Positions 1 to 10,044 of a stretch of DNA of 53,485 bases are shown here, piece by piece; position 1 is the stretch's first letter, and each line of letters begins with the position of its first letter. The stretch comes from a virus (taxonomy: Duplodnaviria; Caudoviricetes). The stretch lies in IMG/VR virus record IMGVR_UViG_3300023314_000002, positions 1 to 53,485 of that record; one strand, given 5' to 3'. The notes beneath the pieces were generated by a model. It was given only the letters and a program-made list of their open reading frames with translations, was not told the DNA's origin and did not search any database. The position numbers were made by a program, and so were the translations under genes.

Positions 1-127
1 CCGTTGTTTAGTCCTATTGTTTGTGTACTCATGATAATGAATGTTTTTTAACTTCTGCCATAAAATCTTCTACAGTCTTAGCCTCCGCAGCTTTCTCTGT
101 GTTAGGAACTTCTTTTGTATCAACTAC
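1..127. repeat. Terminal direct repeat, copy 1 (circular assembly overlap)
   Basis: 1..127 is identical to 53359..53485, and the protease gene runs directly into the decoration gene across the junction. Confidence 0.97.
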
Positions 128-1015
128 AGGCTGCTCCTTTGTTTCTGTTTCCAAAGTTGCAAGAGCCGTTTTGCTGTTTGCTTTTAATGCAAATTCTGCC
201 ATTGCTTTAGCAGTTAACTCATTGCCGCTTTCAATAGCTGCCTTTACGCCAACCGGATCAATATCCAAGAAAACCATACAAGCCTCAACACGATCTTTTT
301 CTTTGTTGATACCAGATGTCATACCCTCTTTGTGCGCTTGCGCGTACACGTCAGGATGCTTTGCTTTTAATTCTTCTAATGTCATTTTATCTGTTTTAAT
401 TTCTTCTTGTTGTGCGCCTTTATATTCAGCTGCCATTTCCATAACTACCAAACTTTCGAACTCTTTTATTTCTGCTTTTTTAGTAGGTGTGATTTTATTT
501 ACTTTAGAAATAAGACCTATTTTTTTTGCAACATCTGCACTAAAAAAAACATCTTCGCGACGTTCCATTGAAAAAACATCTTTCAATTTGAATCCTGTTA
601 ATTCTTCAAAGAGAGGAACATCTACTTTATTCTTAAATGCTGTCATTAATGAAGCATTTACACGATCTAAGTTGCCACGAATAGCATCTGTAAAGTACTT
701 CGGATCGTTCTCAAAATATTCAGGATAAGCAGCACGATGTAAAAGAAATTCAGAAACATCATAAGCCTCTACTTCGTCTGCATAACATAAAAAAAACAAG
801 CCTGCGGAAAATGCTTTTCCATCAACTTGTACTCTTTTTTTGCCTGTATATTCTTTGTATTTTGCGACCATTCCAAATGCATATTCTGGATTTCCGCCTG
901 GTGTATTTACTCTTACTAATAAATCTTCATTGTTAGCTGTCTTTTCATCAAGTTCACTAATAAATTCGGCTGCACCGAAACTATCAATTGAACCATATAA
1001 AAGTAAATCTGCCAT
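29..1015 (-). CDS. Prohead protease, ClpP/S14 family, with C-terminal scaffold-like region
   Basis: VRVNTPGG, DGKAFSAG and LLHRA motifs; lies between portal and decoration/capsid; ATG at 1015 preferred over TTG at 1027. Confidence 0.88.
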   Translation of the reverse strand: MADLLLYGSIDSFGAAEFISELDEKTANNEDLLVRVNTPGGNPEYAFGMVAKYKEYTGKKRVQVDGKAFSAGLFFLCYADEVEAYDVSEFLLHRAAYPEYFENDPKYFTDAIRGNLDRVNASLMTAFKNKVDVPLFEELTGFKLKDVFSMERREDVFFSADVAKKIGLISKVNKITPTKKAEIKEFESLVVMEMAAEYKGAQQEEIKTDKMTLEELKAKHPDVYAQAHKEGMTSGINKEKDRVEACMVFLDIDPVGVKAAIESGNELTAKAMAEFALKANSKTALATLETETKEQPVVDTKEVPNTEKAAEAKTVEDFMAEVKKHSLS

Positions 1016-1098
1016 TATTGGAAGCAAATATGGACGTAAATTTCACTTACTTAAAATAATGTTGGTCTTTTCTTGGTTTTTTTGTTATGTTTGTAGAA
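1014..1098. promoter_or_regulatory. 85-bp direct repeat copy 1, probable bidirectional promoter
   Basis: 83/85 identical to 14408..14492; TATGTTTG (Bacteroidota -7 motif) on +, CATATTTG on - just before the protease ATG. Confidence 0.8.
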
Positions 1099-1108
1099 AT
1101 TATCCGAT

Positions 1109-1309
1109 ATGCCAATAAAAACAGATGGAATATTCATTACGAATGTGCCTGTAATTGCAAAACAAAAATTATTTTACATAGCAAAACAAAAGAATGGCAT
1201 CACAGTTTCGGGACTGTTAAAAAATATAATTTGCTCGAAAATTATCAAAGAATATGAAGAAAAATATGGTACTATTTCTGAACAACAGTTGGCAGAATCT
1301 CCGGAATAA
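1109..1309 (+). CDS. Small ribbon-helix-helix-like DNA-binding protein
   Basis: 66 aa; pattern IFITNVP..KQKLFYIAKQKNGITVSGLLKNII resembles Arc/CopG; directly downstream of the + strand promoter motif; overlaps the portal 3' end. Confidence 0.55.
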   Translation: MPIKTDGIFITNVPVIAKQKLFYIAKQKNGITVSGLLKNIICSKIIKEYEEKYGTISEQQLAESPE

Positions 1310-2879
1310 TATCTAAACCTTTCACTTTTTCTAATTCTTTTGCATATTGCTCAATATTGGAATTACTGTCACCACTATTTAGCACTTCTGTTGCTCTTTG
1401 AACTGTTGTTAATGGTATATTTTCTGCACTTGTACCTAATTTTAATCTTTCGGCTGCCACTTCTTTCAATGGATCTATATGTGGGAACATAGAACCTGTC
1501 ATATAGATAGTCCTGTATGCGCCTAATATCATTACATCCTTTTTTTGCATAGCCAAAAGATAGCCCGGTGCTTGTATTTTAAACTTGTTTATTTCTGTAA
1601 ACTGCCAAAAATTATAAATCGGCTGATAGAACTGAAAGGTAATATCTTCACGATTGACAATTATTGTGTGTTCCCAATCTTTTGTAGCCGCTCTACTTGC
1701 GCTAAAGCTATCGTTATAAATAGAGAATGCAACATTCGGTGGTATATTTACCGCGCCACAAATAATGTCTGCATTTGTGCTGTAAAACTCTTTAAACATC
1801 AACTCATTCTTTGATTCTAAAGCCTTTAATTCAGAGCCAATTGGCATGTTAAACGTTTGCTTATTAGTGCTTGCAAAAACAGTATTTGCAAGTTCTTTTC
1901 CATCATCTGTTTTTGGAAAATCATTTGCGCCCGGACCACCTACAAAACGTCCACTACTTAATTTATTTGCGAGAACACTTTCACCTGTTGAATTATTATC
2001 GTGAACGATTTGCATAACAATTTTAGCACGTTCTTCAGCACTTCCAACTGTTGCCTCTTTATACCTTTCTAACTTTTTTATGGTTTCTAAACATATAGCA
2101 ATTAAAGGCATTCCGCGATAATTGTCCAGTCTTTGTTTGCTTCCGTATACTAAATAAGCAACCGTCAATCCTGTCTTAGATTTTGCTTCAATTCGTGAGA
2201 ATGTATAATCTTGATTCATTACATGATAAGCCACGTGTTCACCTGTTGGCGAAACTTCTACACCATTTCTGATAGTATTTCCATTACTTAATGTATTAGC
2301 AAAATAATCACCACTAAAGTAAGGTGATTGCAGATGCGCACCGTCAATTAATTGTATCTTCACGATGCCATCAATGTATTTAAGAACAACTAAAACATCA
2401 CCTCCAACTTTTGCATTTTTATAAGCTGTTTGTGCAATTGTATTAAGGTTATCCATTCCATTATAACTACATTCACGCATGTTTGACCATACACTAAATC
2501 TTGATTCTGTTATATTGTTGAATTTTTCAGCATCAAATGTTATTCCCTCTTCTTTTAGTAAATATTGAGCAGGATTTGATTGGAGATTAAGACCTTTTGA
2601 AATCATCCACAACACAAATTTATCCAAAACCGTTTTTGCGATGTCCGATTCCGTATACGCCTGCCACGATCGTGAACGCAAAGTATCATAATCAAGAATA
2701 TAATCTTTAACAGGTCCTAATTCACCTACATTTTTTTCGCCATCATAAATAGAAGAAAATATTCCGCGTGAACCATTATTATAGCCAAAGAAAGATTCTT
2801 TTTCTATTGGCTTTTGCGGTTCTTCTTTCACAAAAAAGCTAAAGAACTTTTGAAATATGTTTTTATCTGTTGTAGCCAT
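1272..2879 (-). CDS. Portal protein, lambda family
   Basis: 535 aa; LRSRSW, NGVEV...G..VAYHV, RGMP, SFSASRAA and IDPLKEV motifs; downstream of gpW-like gene. Confidence 0.92.
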   Translation of the reverse strand: MATTDKNIFQKFFSFFVKEEPQKPIEKESFFGYNNGSRGIFSSIYDGEKNVGELGPVKDYILDYDTLRSRSWQAYTESDIAKTVLDKFVLWMISKGLNLQSNPAQYLLKEEGITFDAEKFNNITESRFSVWSNMRECSYNGMDNLNTIAQTAYKNAKVGGDVLVVLKYIDGIVKIQLIDGAHLQSPYFSGDYFANTLSNGNTIRNGVEVSPTGEHVAYHVMNQDYTFSRIEAKSKTGLTVAYLVYGSKQRLDNYRGMPLIAICLETIKKLERYKEATVGSAEERAKIVMQIVHDNNSTGESVLANKLSSGRFVGGPGANDFPKTDDGKELANTVFASTNKQTFNMPIGSELKALESKNELMFKEFYSTNADIICGAVNIPPNVAFSIYNDSFSASRAATKDWEHTIIVNREDITFQFYQPIYNFWQFTEINKFKIQAPGYLLAMQKKDVMILGAYRTIYMTGSMFPHIDPLKEVAAERLKLGTSAENIPLTTVQRATEVLNSGDSNSNIEQYAKELEKVKGLDIIPEILPTVVQK

Positions 2880-3174
2880 GTCTAAAATTTTTACTATCCA
2901 TCATTCTTACGACTCTACCATCTCTATCGTTAATTAAATCAGCCTTTAGCCTTTTCATTGCCTCTATAGATTTTGTGATACTTTCTGAACTTTTATATAC
3001 TGTCCTAATTTTCGTTTGTCCATCATCTAAACTATATTCACTAATATCTTCGTTCATCGCAGCCTTTAACAAAGACTTATATAGTTCATTTATAATGGCT
3101 TCAATTCGTGCTAACTGAACATTAATGCACGGTTGACCAAAAATATAATCCGGAATAGAATTGAAAACTACCAT
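2863..3174 (-). CDS. Head completion protein, gpW-like
   Basis: 103 aa with EYSLDDGQTKIRTVY hairpin; immediately upstream of portal. Confidence 0.65.
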   Translation of the reverse strand: MVVFNSIPDYIFGQPCINVQLARIEAIINELYKSLLKAAMNEDISEYSLDDGQTKIRTVYKSSESITKSIEAMKRLKADLINDRDGRVVRMMDSKNFRHGYNR

Positions 3175-3178
3175 AGCT

Positions 3179-3186
3179 CAAATTTA
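3179..3186 (-). promoter_or_regulatory. -7 promoter motif TAAATTTG before gpW-portal
   Basis: Exact TAnnTTTG, 4 nt before the ATG at 3174. Confidence 0.5.
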
Positions 3187-3191
3187 ATCAT

Positions 3192-3689
3192 TTACAATGT
3201 TTTTATTTCATTTATTTTTGCAGCACTAATATCTATACTTACATCGCCAGGCGTGTAGCTGCCTCCACCCGCTGTTATTCCTGTTGAAATTAAAGAAAGT
3301 TGTGCTGTTAATTTGTTCTCAAATACAGTTAAAGCATCTTCTAATTTTTGATACCTTACAGCGTTGTAAACCGTTCCACCTATCTCATAAGTTCCATCAT
3401 TCTTTATCCATGTATAGAACTTTTCATTACCATTTTCATCAGTTGAAAATGTGCGAAACTCACCAACATCAGCCTTTAGATTTTTATTCAAATAACCTAC
3501 AATAACTGTATCGCCTTTTCCTGTTGTTTCTGCATAAACAGCAACCATATCTTTGATCGGATTGCTATCTAAGCCATAAGGATTAGCTTCAATACTCGTT
3601 TGAACATCCGAACTGCCAAATCGCAAAAACTTTACTAAGCGTTTTTTTTGCTTATCTAATTCTGTTGATATGACTTTAACTATGTTCAA
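3192..3689 (-). CDS. Baseplate spike protein, Mu gp45-like
   Basis: PYGLDSNP and GEFRTFS motifs; follows the hub gene. Confidence 0.7.
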   Translation of the reverse strand: MNIVKVISTELDKQKKRLVKFLRFGSSDVQTSIEANPYGLDSNPIKDMVAVYAETTGKGDTVIVGYLNKNLKADVGEFRTFSTDENGNEKFYTWIKNDGTYEIGGTVYNAVRYQKLEDALTVFENKLTAQLSLISTGITAGGGSYTPGDVSIDISAAKINEIKTL

Positions 3690-4753
3690 TGTAAATTAAT
3701 TCCTTTATATAAATAAACAGGTGTTTCCATGTTGTAAACTTCAGGTATAACACAATTTAAAGTGGCTGTTGTTTGCGTGTTATCGCCAACAAAATCTATG
3801 CTTTCAATGAACCATGTTTGTTTTTTAAATGCGTAAATTTCAGGATTTATAACGGTAATTAAGTTGTTAGGTTTAATTATTTTGCCGTCAACAATCCATC
3901 TATCTGTTTTTATAGTCAACTTCAGATTTTTCAACTCTGCTGCAAGAGCTGTTTTTGCTGCTTTCTGACTGTCATTATCATCTCCACTATTTTGAGATAT
4001 TACCTTTGGTCGATAAACAGAATTTATAACATATGGATTTCTTATTGTGTACTCACCTGCATTGCCTCCATCAGTAGATGCTTGTTTCTGAACAGTGATA
4101 TGTGAATGCATCGCCTGTCCATCAAATTGCAAAGTAAATTCAGTTCCAGGAATAGCACCTTTTGAAGTGTCAAAATCTAAAATAGGTTTTTGTTTTGTTT
4201 TTGCTTTTGTGAACCACAACTCACCGTTTGGCGTGTGTGATAAAACGATATTTTTTTGTGATGCAAGTTCTGATAAATAGCTTTTTATGTTTTGATTTTC
4301 TTTGGCTGTAGATTTTTTAAAAGAAGAGTTCATTAATGAAGAAACCGAGCTATCTATAACCATTTTTAAACCAAAGGGTGCTATTATCTTTTGTGCAATT
4401 TGCTTTAAAGAAAGATTGTCACTTTGTAATGGATATATTTTTGGTGGAATCTCACAATCTTCTAAAACGCCAGGCAAAGAATAGCCTGTAATAGCGACTA
4501 ATTTACGTTGCGAACTGCTTACAAAGCCTTGAGATATCATATTTCCTGTAAGCAATGTTTCGCCATTGTGTGTAACCTTGCAAATATGATAGTGACCAAT
4601 ACAAAGAAGCTCTTTATGTTCGGGATTGTCAGGATTATTATAAAATGTAAAACTGAAATTACCGGACAAAGAATCGTAAGGCAATTTCAATGTGAAATTG
4701 TTAAAGAAATCAATCTTTCTATTCCTTATCCTATCATTTACAACTAACTCCAT
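3686..4753 (-). CDS. Baseplate hub protein, Mu gp44/gpP-like
   Basis: 355 aa; ITGYSLPGVLEDC, LKQIAQKIIAPFG and HTPNGEL motifs. Confidence 0.8.
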   Translation of the reverse strand: MELVVNDRIRNRKIDFFNNFTLKLPYDSLSGNFSFTFYNNPDNPEHKELLCIGHYHICKVTHNGETLLTGNMISQGFVSSSQRKLVAITGYSLPGVLEDCEIPPKIYPLQSDNLSLKQIAQKIIAPFGLKMVIDSSVSSLMNSSFKKSTAKENQNIKSYLSELASQKNIVLSHTPNGELWFTKAKTKQKPILDFDTSKGAIPGTEFTLQFDGQAMHSHITVQKQASTDGGNAGEYTIRNPYVINSVYRPKVISQNSGDDNDSQKAAKTALAAELKNLKLTIKTDRWIVDGKIIKPNNLITVINPEIYAFKKQTWFIESIDFVGDNTQTTATLNCVIPEVYNMETPVYLYKGINLH

Positions 4754-5992
4754 CTATACATAATAAGTTATTGTTCTGTTTTTTCTGACTTGCAACATCT
4801 CGTTTAATCCGGCATTATTGTTTTTCATCAACTCTTCAATAGTAGAATCATCAAGTTGTAAGCCATAAAAACGATGTGCTAAAATTATCCAATTGCTGTC
4901 AGCTTCTAATATTATTTTTCGTTCTTGTTTTGCACCTAAAGCAATACTAAAAAGGCTCGAAATAGTATAGTTTACTAATAGTTGCAGTTGTTGCAGAGAA
5001 TCGAAATCTGCAACATAGCTTGATGGAGTGCCACCATTATCAGTCTGCAACTCATCAATAGTCGTTACATAAAAATTGTAATTAGAAATCAGGTTATCAA
5101 TTTGAATAATCACTTCATTCCTATTTCCATAATCACCAATATAAGGCGTTGAACACGTTTGACACATGGCAGAAATTAGAGTGCTTCCACTTGTTTCAAA
5201 CATAAATTTATCACCTAAATAAATGATTCCATTTTTAAATGTACTGCCTAATCCTAAAAGATTCTCTTTTAAAACGTCCATACGTTGCTGAACACTTGCC
5301 TGAAATTTTACAGGTGCAGTTATTGCTGATTGTGTTGCACGAATGGCTGTAAGCGGTGCGCTTGTAAGCGTGTCAACTGCTGCCTGTGCGTTATTAAATG
5401 CGTTAAAATAAGATTGCGCATCTTCTAACTTATTTGTAAACTTAGAAACGGCTGCATTCACCTTATCAAGAAACTTTTTTGTTTTGTTTACAGTAGACGG
5501 TCGCGCGCGATTGACTGTAAGGTTTGATGATACTTTTACAGCTGTTGTTTCATTACATATTTCAGTGTCATTTGCTATTTTGTCAACAGGAACAGTCGTA
5601 CCCTTAGGATAATCTTCTGTTATTGTTTCTACAACAGGAATCTTGATACTTGTTACATTGTATTTGGTATTGTCAATAGAAATTGAAAGAGGCTGAACAA
5701 TTACACGATCATAAAAAGGATGCGATAATATCCATACGCGCGGATCATCTGCACTTTTTTCAAAAGCCTTGAACATATCCAAATGGTCTTCACCTTGAAA
5801 GAATATTTCCAACTCATAACGTGAACCTTTTGGCTTTTTTCTTGAAACTAAAGTGCCTGAAACGTTTGGAAACTCAAACTCTGCTATATTATAATCTTTA
5901 GTTTTGGTTGCATTTATCCATTGAGGCTTATATTGCTTTCCATCACCGCAGGTAATTATTAATTCTGTTTTTATCTTATCTATCCAACTCAT
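4754..5992 (-). CDS. Mu gp43-like DNA circularization / tube initiator protein
   Basis: EFEFP..G and LSHPFY in the N-terminus; LysM-like C-terminus LAHRFYG..IEELMKNN. Confidence 0.75.
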   Translation of the reverse strand: MSWIDKIKTELIITCGDGKQYKPQWINATKTKDYNIAEFEFPNVSGTLVSRKKPKGSRYELEIFFQGEDHLDMFKAFEKSADDPRVWILSHPFYDRVIVQPLSISIDNTKYNVTSIKIPVVETITEDYPKGTTVPVDKIANDTEICNETTAVKVSSNLTVNRARPSTVNKTKKFLDKVNAAVSKFTNKLEDAQSYFNAFNNAQAAVDTLTSAPLTAIRATQSAITAPVKFQASVQQRMDVLKENLLGLGSTFKNGIIYLGDKFMFETSGSTLISAMCQTCSTPYIGDYGNRNEVIIQIDNLISNYNFYVTTIDELQTDNGGTPSSYVADFDSLQQLQLLVNYTISSLFSIALGAKQERKIILEADSNWIILAHRFYGLQLDDSTIEELMKNNNAGLNEMLQVRKNRTITYYV

Positions 5993-6705
5993 CTTAAAGC
6001 TTTTTCAAATTGTTTATTTGCCTGAATAAAATAAAAATCATCAACTTTCTTACTCGTTACATCTGTTGCTTCTTTCATAAAATGTGTTGGTTCAATGTTC
6101 ACGTCACGTCCTTTTTTGAATGTATATAATGCTGTCAGTTTAAATTTTTCATCATCTGTTTTTTTGATAGAATTTATACGCCATAGTATTTTTTCATTTT
6201 TATAATCTGCTAATACAAAGCCACCAACACCTGCAAAGTTTACAGACTTCACGAACTTTTCCTTATCATTTGCACCTTTTGCATTTTTAGTGTCAATTAT
6301 TTTTTTAATGTTTTTTAATCTTGCGTTTGGTCGTATGTTTTTGCTATTCGAGTTGCCAGTTCTTGCACTATCTAAAGGCACGAATGAACGACCATCTATT
6401 TTGCCACCTTTTTCTTGCTGCTCCATGTCATCAACTGCTTGCGATTTGCCTGTAAAACCTACACTTGCAGCCATTCTACTAATACTAAAGCCTTTTGCTG
6501 TTTCTACCTTAGTATTTGCTTTAAAAAATGTCGGCTTTCTTTGTACAAAATTATCTTCTGCGCTCTTTAAAATCGTGTCCTTTTTCATGTCAAAGGCTGC
6601 TGAATTTAACGTATTGCGAACAGCAACAGGAAAAGCTGAACGGCTTAACTTTTCTAACTTGTTTGTTAGAACTACTGTTGCATCGGTATTTACGTTAAGC
6701 TGCAT
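5989..6705 (-). CDS. Neck/tail morphogenesis protein, gpZ-like
   Basis: Basic 238-aa protein in the tail operon; AVRNTLNSAA and HFM motifs. Confidence 0.45.
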   Translation of the reverse strand: MQLNVNTDATVVLTNKLEKLSRSAFPVAVRNTLNSAAFDMKKDTILKSAEDNFVQRKPTFFKANTKVETAKGFSISRMAASVGFTGKSQAVDDMEQQEKGGKIDGRSFVPLDSARTGNSNSKNIRPNARLKNIKKIIDTKNAKGANDKEKFVKSVNFAGVGGFVLADYKNEKILWRINSIKKTDDEKFKLTALYTFKKGRDVNIEPTHFMKEATDVTSKKVDDFYFIQANKQFEKALR

Positions 6706-7278
6706 TTATACTTTTTTATATTCCAAATAAAAAGCAAATTGTGTTGGAGAACCTAAAGAAGAAATAACCGCATATGGATTAGTAATAGCTGTTCCTGCGG
6801 CGTATAATCCTACTTCTACACGTGTTGTATTAAATGCGGTATAACCCTTAAAAGAATTTAAAAAAGCATTTGGTATTCCTGATAAAATGCTTGTATTTAC
6901 AGCAATATTAGAACTGAATGCTAATATTGCAGCTATCATAATTGTACCATTTGCGTACTCGCGTGCAACCAAAGAGGATGTTGTTATGCCACCTGCAACT
7001 GTTATTCCGCTTACATTTGTATAAGCACCGCTGTTATTTTTAACAGCCTCTACCAATGCTAACCAATATTGAAACCCATCTGTATCGCTATCTGGCAAAC
7101 CATTGTAAGCAATTCCAGACGCATCCATCATCTTTGCAAAAAATTGATGAAAATCTGCATGATTTATTTTGTCAACTGGCGTTCCATTGTTTGCGCCTGT
7201 GTTATCCTTTATATTTCCAAATGGATAAGCTACGCTTGGTGCTTCGGTATTAACCTTGTCTTGTAATCTGATTGCCAT
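6706..7278 (-). CDS. Short tail fibre / fibre-base protein
   Basis: Follows the gp48-like gene; N-terminus YPFG..NGTP..FQY..AL typical of Mu-type fibre attachment domains. Confidence 0.65.
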   Translation of the reverse strand: MAIRLQDKVNTEAPSVAYPFGNIKDNTGANNGTPVDKINHADFHQFFAKMMDASGIAYNGLPDSDTDGFQYWLALVEAVKNNSGAYTNVSGITVAGGITTSSLVAREYANGTIMIAAILAFSSNIAVNTSILSGIPNAFLNSFKGYTAFNTTRVEVGLYAAGTAITNPYAVISSLGSPTQFAFYLEYKKV

Positions 7279-7279
7279 T

Positions 7280-7987
7280 TTATATGTAATTTATTAGTAA
7301 ATAACCTACCATTTGTGCAGGTTTTAATTTTAAAATCAATTGTCGAAACTCATTCTTTCTAACCAATGGAACATTTGCAAAAGTTCCCAACGGATTGCCA
7401 CCTATAAAAAAAGTACATCTTAAATCATTCGGTATTGCAAAATTAGAATCTATTTCTTCATCAATGTAATTTGCTATAATATTTGAATAAGTGCCACCAT
7501 ATTGCGAATCACCATATTGCGAATCACCATATTGAAGCTCATTTACACCAACATTTCCTATAATATCGAACAAAGTTCGCGTATAATAAGAACCGCCATA
7601 AGGAAATCTATTTTCATAAACATAGACATCAAAACCTGCAGCGCGCAACTGTCCTTGAATATACAAATAATGTTGGCGTGCTTTTATATCGCCTGGATGA
7701 TTAATTTTTCTTCTAATTGCAAGTTTTCTAAGTTCTAAATCTACCAATGGACTTATAATCATGCCTAATCTTCGCTCCCAATCTGTCGCATCATCTTCTG
7801 TAAAGTCTGAATTGTCCGGTAATATAGAATTGTGTATAGCTAATATGTCGTTATATGCCTTGTTTTCACTCAAAGATAAGGCATACTTTAAAGATTCTAA
7901 ATCACTACCTAAAGGCATTTTAAATGCCCTGCCTGTTGGTAGCAATTGCCTTGATAAAGCTAATATTTTAGGTAAAAAATTAAGCAA
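7280..7987 (-). CDS. Baseplate wedge protein, Mu gp48/YmfQ-like
   Basis: QLLPTGRAF, DWERRLG and LKLKPA motifs; follows baseplate J. Confidence 0.82.
   Translation of the reverse strand: MLNFLPKILALSRQLLPTGRAFKMPLGSDLESLKYALSLSENKAYNDILAIHNSILPDNSDFTEDDATDWERRLGMIISPLVDLELRKLAIRRKINHPGDIKARQHYLYIQGQLRAAGFDVYVYENRFPYGGSYYTRTLFDIIGNVGVNELQYGDSQYGDSQYGGTYSNIIANYIDEEIDSNFAIPNDLRCTFFIGGNPLGTFANVPLVRKNEFRQLILKLKPAQMVGYLLINYI
7495..7534. repeat. 15-bp tandem repeat (about 2.7 copies) encoding QYGDS repeats
   Basis: caccatattgcgaat twice plus caccatattg. Confidence 0.9.
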
Positions 7988-9155
7988 AAGTAATTGAATT
8001 TACAAATGGAATATTTCCGTTAATAAATGTATATGAATTATAAGGAACTCCACCAACATTTAAATTAATTGTTCCAAAAACAGAACCTGGTCGTGTATTT
8101 AAAATGATACTTATTATTTTATTAGTATCTAAAATATCATTCTTTTCATCGAGAATATCGCATGCTGCTACAAATGGTCTTACTAAATTTATTTCATCTG
8201 TCAAAGCTGCTATAATTGCATTCTGAATCGCAACCGTTGCGCCTATAAATCCATTGATAGTAATATCAACATTTATAACCGTTACAGGTAAGAAATTAAC
8301 GATTACGCCTAATGGTCTGCGACCTCTCTCTGTTGTCGGTCGTGTCGTATCAGGATCGAACTCAACAACATCTTCAACATCTTGCAATAACAACGCACTT
8401 GGTGTGCCTTTTCCATCTATTGAATCATCAATCGTAGCTTCAACATATAAATTAATCTCATTCACCGCTGCTGTTTTTGCATAAGCGTAAGACTGCTTCA
8501 CGCCCTGCGCATCATACGACCATAGTCGGTAATCGGTTGCTGCACCACCTTGTGGCTCTAATCGGTAAGCATCTAATGCTTTCGCTCGATAATCTTCAAT
8601 ATTTTCTGCTGCACTTGGTTGTATCGTTTCCGCACTTACAGTAGCAATAGAATCTACTAAAGCAATAGGTGCTGTTGCCGTTAAAGTGTCACCAATATTT
8701 AACTTAGAGTCGTTGCCAGCTTCTAATGCACGAACAGTTATACTATCCGTTCCGGAAATTAAAGTATAGGCTGTATCTAAGATGAAAAGCTTATCAGGAC
8801 TTGTAGACGTGTCGTCACTTTTAAAAGTAGACTGTGCAGGAATAACCGCACCTGTTGTTCCTGTTACTGTAATTGTATATTGTCCTGCACGCGCGCTAAA
8901 TGGATCTCTATTTAATTTAACCCTACCGAATCTTTCTAAAGTACCGCCTATTGCTTCAGGCTCAGCTGTGTCTATGAATATATTTTTTTGAACATTTCCT
9001 AACGCTTTGTATAATACCCAAAGTACACCTGCCTGAACAGCAGCCAATGCGCGCAAAAAGTTCTTTCCAAATATAGGAATACTGACCTGCATTTGTGTTT
9101 GCAAGTCTGACAAAACAGCGTTATATAACTCGGTGTAAGTAGGTATTACCGTCAT
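7980..9155 (-). CDS. Baseplate J / Mu gp47-like wedge protein
   Basis: IFIDTAE, LERFG, VRALEAG, PQGGAATDYRLW and RPLG motifs. Confidence 0.92.
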   Translation of the reverse strand: MTVIPTYTELYNAVLSDLQTQMQVSIPIFGKNFLRALAAVQAGVLWVLYKALGNVQKNIFIDTAEPEAIGGTLERFGRVKLNRDPFSARAGQYTITVTGTTGAVIPAQSTFKSDDTSTSPDKLFILDTAYTLISGTDSITVRALEAGNDSKLNIGDTLTATAPIALVDSIATVSAETIQPSAAENIEDYRAKALDAYRLEPQGGAATDYRLWSYDAQGVKQSYAYAKTAAVNEINLYVEATIDDSIDGKGTPSALLLQDVEDVVEFDPDTTRPTTERGRRPLGVIVNFLPVTVINVDITINGFIGATVAIQNAIIAALTDEINLVRPFVAACDILDEKNDILDTNKIISIILNTRPGSVFGTINLNVGGVPYNSYTFINGNIPFVNSITFA

Positions 9156-9526
9156 AGCAATTTCTTGTAAATAGTTATGTAATAATTTGCTGCTGTCATT
9201 TCTACAACACCTGTATTTGAGTTGAAAGTAAAGCCGTTATTTAAACTCAACAACGTACCGCTTCCATCGTTTGTTTGTATGTAGAAATCAACCATTGGTG
9301 TTTTATTAACTAACATCATATTGGTATATGTGTTGCCTTCAAAATCTGCAGCAGTAACGGTAAATGCAATAGGAATTACAGCAAGAGCTAAAGAGTCATA
9401 GATATTATTTATTGCTGACTTTAATTGGTTCATATCGTCGGCAACTATTTTATATTTTCTCGGTAAATCCGTAAGTCGTCTATCTTCTTTATCTTCAAAG
9501 GTGATAGCTTTTTGTGCATCTGCCAT
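9152..9526 (-). CDS. Hypothetical structural protein, C-terminal domain paralogous to 50292..50627
   Basis: Inserted between gp46-like and baseplate J genes; shared beta-rich C-terminus. Confidence 0.6.
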   Translation of the reverse strand: MADAQKAITFEDKEDRRLTDLPRKYKIVADDMNQLKSAINNIYDSLALAVIPIAFTVTAADFEGNTYTNMMLVNKTPMVDFYIQTNDGSGTLLSLNNGFTFNSNTGVVEMTAANYYITIYKKLL

Positions 9527-10044
9527 TACAGTAAATAGTTTAATTCTTGTTCTAAATAAAATTCTTCAATCGTTAATCCACTTGATTGTTTGCCTGCAAA
9601 ACTCACTTTTCCTGCCTGCCAAATATATTGATATTGACGTTCCTGTAAGTTACTCGGTTCTACTAACTTTACATTAATAATTAATGTGTCTGTTGCAGGA
9701 ATAGACGTAGTAACCGTTACCTCTGCAAAGTCTTGCATAAATTGCAAATCTTTTTTTATTTCATTTTCAATTAGCAAACGACCTGCACTTGTTAAAGGTA
9801 TTTCATCGAGTGCTTTCTCGGTTAAGCTGTTAAATTGTACGCTTGGATCGTTTAAAAAAAAGAGTGTGTTTCCGAACCAATCAAAAACCTGTTCTGTAGG
9901 CAGGCGTTCGCGCGTAACCGCTTCTTTATTTCCCCCAAACATTGCGAGATAAACCATGTTCTCAAATGAATATACTAAAGCTAAATCATTGCCGTTTTTT
10001 GCAATATCACCACCATTTCCTGTTTCATTTATTAGTAAATCCAT
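9526..10044 (-). CDS. Baseplate protein, Mu gp46-like
   Basis: NGNDL, VYLAMFGG, WFGN and IKKDLQFM motifs; position after tape measure. Confidence 0.72.
   Translation of the reverse strand: MDLLINETGNGGDIAKNGNDLALVYSFENMVYLAMFGGNKEAVTRERLPTEQVFDWFGNTLFFLNDPSVQFNSLTEKALDEIPLTSAGRLLIENEIKKDLQFMQDFAEVTVTTSIPATDTLIINVKLVEPSNLQERQYQYIWQAGKVSFAGKQSSGLTIEEFYLEQELNYLL

Noticed and set aside
1-127. 127-bp terminal repeat as a biological DTR
   Set aside because: Length matches a common assembler k-mer overlap and it falls across coding sequence; it only indicates circular closure
21-728. 235-aa plus-strand ORF, and the many other antisense ORFs in the track
   Set aside because: Shadow frames of well-supported genes on the opposite strand, with no recognisable motifs
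840-1118. ORF sharing peptide IIGSKY..KFHLLKIMLVFSWFFCYVCR with the N-terminus of 14402..15139
   Set aside because: The shared peptide is just the translated 85-bp non-coding repeat; the glycosyltransferase more plausibly starts at 14492
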